From Thraustochytrium aureum (lineage: Eukaryota), in the NCBI GenBank assembly GCA_012862495.1, contig BLSG01000402.1, positions 1 to 49,103 on the forward strand: DNA of 49,103 nucleotides. Direction: 5' to 3'. The notes beneath the pieces were generated by a model. That model was given only the letters and a program-made list of their open reading frames with translations, had not been told where the DNA came from and made no database searches. Shown in pieces: positions 10,739 to 21,238 of this stretch. Position numbers and translations under genes: made by a program. How positions within the stretch are numbered: the stretch's first letter is position 1; the number at the start of each line of letters is the position of its first letter.

Positions 10739-13028
10739 CTACTCGAAGCCTTCCGAGAGCATCTGCTCGAGCACCTGCGCGAAGAGCACGCTCTCCTCGC
10801 AGCGGACGATGCGCAGGCCGTCAATCATCTCCCTGCAGGCGGCCGCGGTGTCGAGGCGGATGTAAAAGTCAAAGTCGAGCTTGACGCCCTGCAGGACGAC
10901 AAACATGTCCATCGCGTTGAGCGCTTCCTGCACCTTGGCCTTGTCGTGGAGGTCGAGTCCCGGCGCCTGTTCCAGCTGCGGCTTCAAGAAGTTGTTGAAG
11001 ACGAGCTTGTCGTTGCGACCAAACATGACCCTCTGCACGAAGCGCATGGAGAGCGCGCAGCGCAGGTCCGGCTTGAGCGGCACGTAGCCTTCCTCGGAAA
11101 CGGGCTGGTAGAATATCGTCTTGAGCGCTCCGTCGGCGAAGACGGTTACCTTTCGCTCGCTGAGCTGGGCGGGAATCCGGCGCTTGCTGTCCGCCATTTT
11201 GACGAACTTTGTCGGAATGTACACCGTGCAGTCAAAACCCCTGCGCAAGACCTCCTTGATCTTCTCGCCCAGATCGTACTTTTGCCGGAGCTGCGCGTCG
11301 TGCAGGACGTCATACGCGGCCGCGAGGGAGGCAAACTCGTGCGGGTCGACGTCCGGGCTTTTTGTCCGGGTGGTAGACAGCGGCCAGCTTGTAAAAGCTG
11401 CGGCGGATGTCCTTGGGCTGCGCGTCGGGGGCCACGCCAAGCAAGTCGTAGTGGGTGGCAGGCTTGACGTAGAGCGGGTAAAAGTCTTCGGGCTTGGGCA
11501 GCGCCGGCTTGGGGAGACCAGCCTTGCGCTTCCGGTCCTCGATCTCGGCCAGTTGCTCTCTGGTAATTGGCGTGTGGTCCTTGGGAGGCAGGCTCGGGTT
11601 GGTGTTGAGGCAGAAGAAGACGGCGTTGTTGACAATGGCGCGGTACCACTCGAGGATGTCTTTGAACGAGTCGGCACAGACGCGAAATCCTTGGCTCGGC
11701 TTGCCCTTTTCGAATACCATCATCGCGTGGACTGTTGGTGTCTTGCCGAGCCGGATCGGGTCGGTTTCGATCTCGATTTTCGCGAGGTCGAGCATCCGCT
11801 TGGGCGCCTTGGCGTCCTCGCTGACCATGTAGAAGAGCACCTGGCCGGTGAGCTTGAAATAGCGCCGCTTCCACGACTGTTGAGCCGCAGACCCGATCCA
11901 CCGATTCTTCCTTGGCATTTTCAGCAGCCAGCCTTGCTTGACCACGGGAGCCCTGGCCGGCGCCGCGCCTTGGCTGTGCGAGCGCACGTGGCGCTTGGTG
12001 TCCGCGCTCTCTGCGGCATTGACTTGCGGCGGAGGCCGCGTCGGGTTGAGGTCGCGCTCTGTGGCGTACCGCGGCAACCGCGAGTGGGGCGACCGCCTGC
12101 CGCCGCGCAGTCGGTGTGTCTGCTCGAGGAGATCGCCGAATGGAATGAGGGCATGGTTGTGCGCGTCCGCAGCACTTTGCGCAGAGTGAATGGAGTCCAC
12201 CGTATCCAGCATACCCTGCAACTTGGCGTGGCGCTCGCGCTCGGCTTCCGCATGGTTTTCCTCGGCGCCCCCGGCGTCGCTGTCGTCGTCGTGGTCCTCC
12301 TCGTGGCTCCGCTGCACAGTGACGTTGCCGGGCTGCAGGTTTTGGGCTCCCCCAGCGCAGTTGCTCCCCGCTTCCCCAGCTGCGGGACTACGAGCTGCAT
12401 GAGGGCTCGCCCGCTGGTCGAAATCTGCGGGTTCGCGGCGCGCCGTTGCTGGGCTCATCGCCTCGGCTAGCATGACGAAGCCTTGGCTGTTCGAGTGAGG
12501 GCGCGAGCCTGCAGGCGCTTGTTGACTACCGCTCGAACCGTTAGCCAGGTCGTCGTCGCCTTCCTGCTCGTCGTCGCCTTCGCTACCTGGTTGCGGCATC
12601 GAGTCGTTGTCGCCGAGCATCGGGGCTAGGCCCTCGCTCGCGACCTCGTCAAGAACAACCGAGGCTGTCCTGCTATGACGCCGCTCGCCTGGCCGCCTCT
12701 CGCCTGGCCGCCTCTCGCCTGGCCCGAGAGGCTCGGCGCGCTTCGCTGGCTCTTCAGGCTCGGCGCTCTTCGCTGGCTCTGCACCTACGTCAGCTGCTCC
12801 GCTTGGCAACGCTGGGCTTGGCTCGATAGGGCTTTTGGCAGGGACCGCCGCCCGAGGCTTGCGCGTTTGCCGTTGCTGCGATTTCTTCTTGGCCAGGGTC
12901 GCCCGTTTCGCTTCTTCGAGCAGCTGCTTGGCTTTCAAGACTATCTCTGGCGGCGGCGGACCGGCCGCAAGCGGCAGTGAATTCTTTGCTCGCTGCCGGT
13001 TGCTTGGCCTTGCGGCGTGCGGTGACCC
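10739..13028 (-). CDS. PH domain + DnaJ domain + second PH-like domain protein (frame break near 11360; 5' end uncertain)
   Basis: VVKQGWLLK..WKRRYFKL..LFY..EWYRAI (PH); HYDLLGV..DIRRSFYKLAAVYHPDK, then in a shifted frame FASLAAAYDVLHDAQLRQKYD (J-domain); C-terminal PH-like region ending MIDGLRIV. Confidence 0.8.
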
Positions 13029-14459
13029 TTATCGGGCTGGTTTGCACCAGGGAAGCGGGTTGGTCTGCCTCGAGGGCCGCAGAGACACGACCTGAGTCGC
13101 CGAGAGGATTGTAGTAATGATGTGGTGGTGGTGGTGAATTTCGGTGACCAACCCTTTTGCGGAAGGCGTGGCGAGTTCGGCACCGTTGCCAATTGCGACA
13201 GTGCTTGCGTGGGGCATCGAGCCTAGCTCAGTGGCCCCGTTGGCGGACGGACGTTTGGTCGGTTGGCCTTGCCTCGCATTTCGAGCCAGCTGCTTTTGCG
13301 CGCGCTCGAAGAGGTCCAGCTGGGAAAGCCCTTGCTCAGCGAGAGTGTCTGCTGGTGTGGCTGCCGCAGGCACAAACCGCTCCTGCCTCCCGTACGCCCT
13401 GTCCGCCTCGTGAGGCCGCAGCGAGCCCAGCGCGTTCAACACCGCCGTCGCTCCCGTAGCATTGTGCAACGCGGCGTCCGACAGGGGGAGACGGCGGCGG
13501 CGGCGGCGCCGTCCTCACCGTCGGCGCCGGTGTCGTCGCGGCACGAACTGCCGCCAAGCGCAGATCGCGCACCAACTTGCGTCGATCTTGGAACGACAGG
13601 GCCGGGTCCAAGTGGACGGCGCCACGCACAGCGCTCCCGCCCTCACCGAGCCCGGCCGAGCCCCACGTCGCGCCAGCGCCGCCCTGGCTCTCCATCCTGC
13701 CCCCCACGCGCAGTTGGCGGCTCGAAGGGTCTCTGGAATGCGCCGCATGCGTCCTCGATCGGTCCTCTCGCAGGCTGAACGACTCGCGAAGTGCCCATGC
13801 AGCGACGGTCCTCGGTCCAGGTGGGCCGCGCGCGATGGGCCAGCCTGGGCGCGCAAGCCTGCACGGCGCCCTGTCCACGTGCGATGTGCGTGCAGCTGGC
13901 CCTGGTGCGGGTCGCCGCGGGCATCCATCGGGCGATGTTGACTGAATGAAAACCGTGGTGAGGCGTTTTCGATGGTGTGCTTGATGCTGCGCGCTCGGCG
14001 CCGTTCACGTCAAGAGGGGAGGACTCTGAGGAGGGCAGAGTCTCCAGGTGATCGGATCAAGGTACCGGTACGCGACGCTCGGCTGCGGGCGCGTGGACAA
14101 GGAAAGTGCTTACTCTACGTACGAAAGTGATCATCATCATCGGCAAGAACACGCTGGTGAGTCGTTGCACCTGGCGCGGAAGTCGACTTGCCAGCATCAT
14201 GGTCGGGCCGAACACACGACCGACATCGACGAGTGATCTCGAACGACGGCAGGACTTTCTTCTGCGAGCGGCCGAGCCAGCGCTCGCAGGCAGGCGAGGC
14301 GACGAACCAAAAGTCAAATTCTTTCGACTAGCTACTAGGGAATCGGATCGGAATGTACATGGTTTGGATGGCCAACGCAGCGACGCCATGGTCTACTCGG
14401 CGACGCAGACACGCACCCGCGCGGCTTGTTGAGAGAGCTAAAGAGTCGCGAGCGATTGG

Positions 14460-15706
14460 CTACGGCAGGGCCGCGCCGCTCGTGGGGCTCGAGAGCTCCG
14501 GCCTTCGCAACACCTTTCTTGGCGCCGCCGACGCGAGTTGTTGTTGCAGCTCGCTCCCCGCGACGCCCTGCTCTGCGACGCTCTCAACCGAGGAAACAGA
14601 GGAGCAGTCATCCGAACCCCGCGCTCGCTTGCCCGCCCCTGGGCTGCACGGCGCGCAAGGCCCCTCCGATCCGTGCTCGTTGCAGTGCATGTATCCGCCA
14701 CGGGCGGCCCGCTCGCACCCTTCTATCCTGCAGCGCGTCCCGCCGCCGTGCGACTTGCAAAACACCGTGGGCCCCTGGGCGAGCTTGGTGCAGGTATCGA
14801 CGACGCAGCACCGCGCAAACCGCTTGCCGTCCCAGCGCTTTACGCTGCCTTTCACCAGGTAGACCTTGCCCTTGNNNNNNNNNNNNNNNNNNNNNNNNNN
14901 NNNNNNNNNNNNNNNNNNNNNNNNNNNNNNNNNNNNNNNNNNNNNNNNNNNNNNNNNNNNNNNNNNNNNNNNNNNNNNNNNNNNNNNNNNNNNNNNNNNN
15001 NNNNNNTTACGCTGCCTTTCACCAGGTAGACCTTGCCCTTGATGCGCAAGTGTGCCGGCGGGCACTCCACAAAGACGGGCTCTGGCTTCAGGACATGAGA
15101 GATTCGCAGCTGCGGATCGCTGCTCGACGCGAACACGCACGCGGCGCTGGCCTCGGAGCGGCGTGGTGGCGGCGACGCGGACCCCAGCTCCCGAAGTGCT
15201 TCCCTTTCTGCCTTGAACAGTGGCAGCAGCTGGCCAGGTCTCCCTCGGGCGACATCGCTGTTGGACGACATTTGTGGCGGTGCGAGGTCAGGGTTGGCCT
15301 CGAGCTGCATGAGCTGCGACATGAGCGGATGGCGGCACAGGAGCTCGCTGATTAAGCTGGCGGATGGTATTGGCCGGGCAGACGGCAGCAGCGAGCTGTA
15401 GAGCCCGCAATGTAGCTGGCTCGACGGCGAGCTGCCGCGCAGCGACTGGTTGTACAACGAGAGGCTTGCCAAGTTGATCGGGGTTGGCTGGAGTTGTCGG
15501 GCCATCGCAAAGGTCGAGATTCCCGAAGGGCTGGGCGGCGAGATCGCTTGGCGGGCTGCCGCGGTGGAGTTGCAGGCAGGCCTGTTCTTGAGTATGGCCA
15601 ACAGGAGCTGAGAGCTATCGCCTTTCAAACCATCAGGACGCTCGTTGTTGGTATCGCTGTGGAGGAGCCTGTCGTTGCTCGGCGTCATGGCTTGTGGAAG
15701 GATCAT
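14460..15706 (-). CDS. WRKY19-like Cx4C..CxxHGGG zinc-finger repeat protein (spans an apparently false gap)
   Basis: CVVDTCTKLAQGPTVFCKSHGGGTRCRIEGCERAARGGYMHCNEHG; ORF is continuous once the duplicated 35-mer flanking the gap is merged; start uncertain (15706 or 15688). Confidence 0.75.
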
Positions 15707-15822
15707 CAACGCGAGCGAGCCTTTGCAAAAGGCCGGCCGGCAGGGCCGCTCGACGCGTTTCTTGGTGGCGCTTTTCTCGGGGCTGGGCGTTTCTTGGTGG
15801 CGCTTTTCTCGGGCCTGAGCGT

Positions 15823-15894
15823 GGCGTGCTCGATGGCGTGCTCGATGGCGTGCTCGATGGCGTGCTCGATGGCGTGCTCGATGGCGTGCTCGAT
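15823..15894. repeat. 12-bp tandem repeat (GGCGTGCTCGAT) x6
   Basis: Directly visible, perfect copies. Confidence 0.92.
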
Positions 15895-16813
15895 GGGCTC
15901 GCGGTTTCCTGACGCTTCGTCCACGGTGCAAGTTCGGCCACGTGGATGCGCAGGTTCCGTTTGGGGACTGGCTGAAGTCAAGCTTGAGGTGCTTGCCTCC
16001 TTTATGTCCTTGATAGTGAGGACAGCCGCGGTCCACGCGCAGGTGAGTATCCAACTGTCATCTGTCGTGCATCGGAAGGAAAAAGCCACGCAGCTGCTGA
16101 GAGTGACAACCTCGCTCAGAGGGCAAGAGCAGACTTGCTGGCCATTCAGCAGGAGCACAAATCGTCCGGACCCTCCACTCCGCTGGAGGAAGTACTCGCA
16201 CGGCGCCCGACTCGGATGCCGTGACTCTCGTCGCTTGCTTTTCAGGGTGGTAGTGGCTCTCCATCCAGCCCGCGAGCCCACTGGCAGCACTTTGAACGGC
16301 CAACTTTGTGATGTGTGGTTTCTTCCTCTGGACGAGTTTGGCGATAACTAACGCGTACTTCAGCAGAGTACCGGCAAGCCTCCCTTCCTCTTTCTGCCGA
16401 GATAGCCCAGCGCGCCGCCCACGTTCGAAGTAAGTGCGCTTCTCCGAGCGCAGAGCCAGAGCCGCTCCACCCTCGCGGAGGCCTTCACCCCTCGCCCAGT
16501 CGGGAAGTACTCAAGCTCGCTGGAGCTGAAGAGGAGAGTACTCCTCCCGAATCGAGCTGCGCACATCGTGAGCGGCATTGATGGGAAAGTGAGCGAATCT
16601 GGCAGAGCTGAGGAAAGGGAGTCGTGGCGGCCCCGTCCCGGCACGGATGGATTGACGCGCTCTCAAGTGCCCGCCCGCGACCTGACTGACATGGTTGCTG
16701 CGAAAGAAAGTAACCTCCGCAAACTCCCGCCCCTTTGAAAGAAGAGCCTCAAGCGTCAACTTGACGCGTTCACTCTGTGCCGAACGAGAGCAAGCACGCA
16801 AGGACACACCCGT

Positions 16814-16893
16814 TCGCTCGCTCGCTCGCTCGCACGCACGCAGGCACGCACGCACGCACGCCCGCAGGCTCGCACGCTCGCTCGCTCGCACGC
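16814..16893. repeat. Compound microsatellite (CGCT)n/(CGCA)n
   Basis: Directly visible. Confidence 0.85.
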
Positions 16894-19342
16894 ACATGCC
16901 TCTCCTCCACCTACGCACGCTTGCTGCCGCCTGCCGCATCATGGGCGGGGAGGAGAAACGTAGCTGCACTTGTCGGACCGATGGTTGGGAAACCTCGGCC
17001 CAGGCGAGCACCGCTGCAGCGCTCGGGCCGCCGCATAACTTTATACCTAATTGCGCTATTCGACCCTAGGACTCGTGGCCACTGTCGCGGTCCGTCGAGA
17101 CGTACGCTCGACGGCTCAGGCCGGTCACGCGCCTCCGCCCTCGCCGCCAGCTCGCAAACAGCTACACCACGCACACTTCGCCGCTCGAGAGGGCAGCGGC
17201 AAGAGGCCCCGTGCAAGGCGCCTCTCATCGCACGCACTGCAGGCGTACGACTAAGTACTCTTGCGCTGGCGCAGGCAGACTGCAGGCAGACGCCGCAGGC
17301 AGACTGCACTGGCAGGCAGGCAGGCAGGCAGGCAGAAAAGCCAACTCGGGTTGTTGTGCTTCAGGAGGTGTGATCGATCGAGTGGTCGATCGGTGGATCA
17401 ACCAATCGATGCATTCAACGAACTTGAACGCACTTGCCGCTGGAAAGCAGTGGGAGCACGTGGACAGCCTTGTCGACTCTGGCCCAAGAGTGGATTTGGT
17501 GCGCTCAGGCCAGCGGCGGGTCTGAAATCCTCCCGTCTCGCGTCGACCAGCAACGCGCAGAGACGGAGAGCGCTTGCTCGTCACGGCTTTCAACGGGGCT
17601 GATGAAATGAATGAATTGCATCGTCGTGTTCTCCGCGCGGAAAAAGGCAGTGCGTCAAATGAAACCAACCACGCCACAAACCAACAACACCACCAACGAC
17701 CTAGACGGCGCTATGAGGGGGCCGTGACCGCGACCGGAAAGTCGTCGTCGGTTTGAGCAAGTTTGAGGCCCGCTGCAGGCGCTGCTATCGCTCAGCAGGG
17801 GTACCTCCTTCCCTCCTGCCTGCCACAGTGCCTCCTTGGGCGGGCGACCATGCATGCGGTCTGCCNNNNNNNNNNNNNNNNNNNNNNNNNNNNNNNNNNN
17901 NNNNNNNNNNNNNNNNNNNNNNNNNNNNNNNNNNNNNNNNNNNNNNNNNNNNNNNNNNNNNNNNNNNNNNNNNNNNNNNNNNNNNNNNNNNNNNNNNNNN
18001 NNNNNNNNNNNNNNNNNNNNNNNNNNNNNNNNNNNNNNNNNNNNNNNNNNNNNNNNNNNNNNNNNNNNNNNNNNNNNNNNNNNNNNNNNNNNNNNNNNNN
18101 NNNNNNNNNNNNNNNNNNNNNNNNNNNNNNNNNNNNNNNNNNNNNNNNNNNNNNNNNNNNNNNNNNNNNNNNNNNNNNNNNNNNNNNNNNNNNNNNNNNN
18201 NNNNNNNNNNNNNNNNNNNNNNNNNNNNNNNNNNNNNNNNNNNNNNNNNNNNNNNNNNNNNNNNNNNNNNNNNNNNNNNNNNNNNNNNNNNNNNNNNNNN
18301 NNNNNNNNNNNNNNNNNNNNNNNNNNNNNNNNNNNNNNNNNNNNNNNNNNNNNNNNNNNNNNNNNNNNNNNNNNNNNNNNNNNNNNNNNNNNNNNNNNNN
18401 NNNNNNNNNNNNNNNNNNNNNNNNNNNNNNNNNNNNNNNNNNNNNNNNNNNNNNNNNNNNNNNNNNNNNNNNNNNNNNNNNNNNNNNNNNNNNNNNNNNN
18501 NNNNNNNNNNNNNNNNNNNNNNNNNNNNNNNNNNNNNNNNNNNNNNNNNNNNNNNNNNNNNNNNNNNNNNNNNNNNNNNNNNNNNNNNNNNNNNNNNNNN
18601 NNNNNNNNNNNNNNNNNNNNNNNNNNNNNNNNNNNNNNNNNNNNNNNNNNNNNNNNNNNNNNNNNNNNNNNNNNNNNNNNNNNNNNNNNNNNNNNNNNNN
18701 NNNNNNNNNNNNNNNNNNNNNNNNNNNNNNNNNNNNNNNNNNNNNNNNNNNNNNNNNNNTGCGTTGCGCTGCACTCTTGCGTGGTCGGAGTTGAGTGATC
18801 TTGGATCTCGAGAGTTGGCGCGACGAGCATTCGTGAGTGCCGTGTGGAAGGGCCCGGGAGTGCTCCAGACTCCATCTGTAAAGGAGATTACTCATGACCA
18901 ATCTCCTTGACTCTACTACCTTTGGAAGGAGGATGTATCAGCGGCAGCTGGCTTTTGAAAGACCAATTCCAAGGTCAAGGGCTTCCAGCGCGTCACATTG
19001 TCTGCTGCGCCAAGGAGGTACCTACGCTGCGCCGCGCCGTCTGCCTCCTTGCTTGGACCGAAGCGCGGGCGTCGGACCACCGAGCTGGTGTGGCGGGTAC
19101 AAATCCCACCTTCATCACGTTCACCGCTACTTTTCATCACGTTCACCGCTACTTCTGAAGTAGGTACCATGTCTCTGCCAGCAAGGCCAGGGGAATCACG
19201 TGCAATAGCGACGCACACGATGGGGAGGCTCTCGCGGCGCTGCAGTGACGGCGTGGCAGGACACAGGACAAGCCAAGGCGATCGATCGAACCATGACGCC
19301 AAATGACGCTAAAGCCTTGCTTTTTTTGCAGACAGGGGCTAC

Positions 19343-20690
19343 TTACAACACGATTCCCTCCGCAGCCGCTTGCCCTCGCTCTAAGAACGCGAGCGCGACC
19401 GCGTCGCCAAGGCTCCGCGGGTACAGCGCAGGGTCGCGGAGCTTGCTCGCACGCGGAACAGCCACATGCGTGCAAAAGCGGAGGACAAGATCCACGAGCC
19501 CAGCAAGCTGGCGGTTGCGCGGTTCCAGCTCCATCGCGCACCGGAAAAACGGACATGCACTCTGGACCCCTGTCTCGGCGTAACCCGCGCGATCGCCGCC
19601 CGACGACCGCGCATCCGAAACTGCCGATGAATGCGATTCAAGCTCAGCCCCAATCACGTCCGGCTCCGTCTGTGTAGCAAAGCGAGGGGCGTAGTCGCCA
19701 TCGAGGGGCGGGGGCTTGTTTTCTGCTGCCAAGCGGGCCTGTTCGCGCCGCACCTCAATGTGACGGACCTGCCTCAGCAACGCCAGATGCGTCACAAGTG
19801 CTAGGCCTGCCTTGAAGTAAACCAACGACCAGTTCGGAAACCGCCGCAGCAGGTCGAGCGCAATGCGCAGAGCAGACTCCCAGTTCTCTCGTTGAGCGCT
19901 CATCTCCTGCGCCTCGAACATCCGCACCGCATAGTCGAGCTCGGCCTCGACGAGACCTTTGCCGTTCACGTTCACCACCAGCTTGAGCGTCTCGACCAGC
20001 TCAACGCGGTCTGGCTCGCCGGTCCAACTCTGTACCTGGCCGCCCCCGAGCGCGGGCGGCTGCCAGTTGTCGGGCCGCCCAAGCCCGCCTCCAAACGTGA
20101 GCGGCAGGTGGTCTTGGAACAGGTCAAACCGGCCTTCGGGCCGCTCCGCCAGCCCGTCGATAGCGCCAGGCCGCACCCTGGCCGTCTCGCCGGCGCCGCC
20201 CTCCGCGTTCGACTTGGCGCTCTTGCCCTTCTTGCCGCGCCCTTTCTTCGCAGTCTCCTCCGCGTCGCCGTGCAGCGGCTCAGCACAGCGCGCAGGCCGA
20301 TCACGCTATCCGGCGCGTCCAGCCGCCACGCCCTCCTGGGCGCAGCAGCGCCGTGCTTGTCCATCCCGTCCCGCCCCGGCGATGCCGATGCGCCCCAACA
20401 ACCCTCGAACTGCTCAGCCTGGCAGCGGCGCTTGCTACTGCCCACCCGCTGCGACACAACCGAGGAGCAGCAGCTCTGCGCAAACGAATCGCCCCGCCGC
20501 CGAGCACTGGTGCGCGCCGCGGAGGAGCTCCAGCGCCACGAGCAGCTCGCACTCGTGATGGTACTCTGCCCACTCCTCGAGTAGGTACCGATGATCCGAG
20601 TCCTCGGCGTTGGCATTTTGCTCGGCGTCATGGAGCGTCGCCCGCATGCTGAAGGAGTCTGGCTGGGGTGCTCGCTCGCTATGCCTCATG
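19343..20690 (-). CDS. Hypothetical spliced alpha-helical (possibly TPR-like) protein
   Basis: Two protein-like ORF segments (RYLLEEWAEYHHECELL.. and ..WESALRIALDLLRRFPNWSLVYFKAGLAL..FFRCAMELEPRN); GTAAGT donor at the 19343 end implies further exons; boundaries approximate. Confidence 0.45.
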
Positions 20691-21238
20691 GCAGGCGCGT
20701 TGCCGATCAGAGCAGGGAGGAGATCCCGGGGTATCGAGTGATCGATCGACGCAGAGCCCGCGACCTGGGCAACAGCTTGCAGCAGAAGTGCAAGGTGACG
20801 TCGCGAGCGCTCAAGAAAACTGCACGCCCAGTGCTTCAAGTGCGAGCCCAAGACCGCCGCTGAGCGGGCCCTCCAAGACGACATGCGCGGCCCGGACAAG
20901 GCCCGGCTTGTTGAGGTCCGGGACGCCGGCAGGACGTCCTCAGCCAAGGGGCTCGTCCAAAATCAAGCGCCTGGCCCGGAAGAAGGCCCGCGCCAAGCCG
21001 CCTGCAACGCGCACATCCGCAAGCGCTCATCCTGGTGTCCCTTGCACGGTGTGGCGCGCATCTTGCATCGCTACATGCTGCGCACCCTGATGCCAAGAGG
21101 ACAGCAAGTTCGGCACGGGACATGTCGCTGCACAAGCGAGTCTTACACGCCCTGTGCCAACTGCCCTGTGCGAGGCGGAGAATGCGCAACCACCACAAGA
21201 CGTGCTTTCACTATTTCCTACATTTATTTGCTGTGGGT

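Noticed and set aside
14840..15041. Target-site duplication of a mobile element
   Set aside because: 35 bp is long for a TSD and abuts the Ns exactly; contig overlap explains it
17655..18910. Long ORFs across the N-gap
   Set aside because: Artefacts of translating Ns
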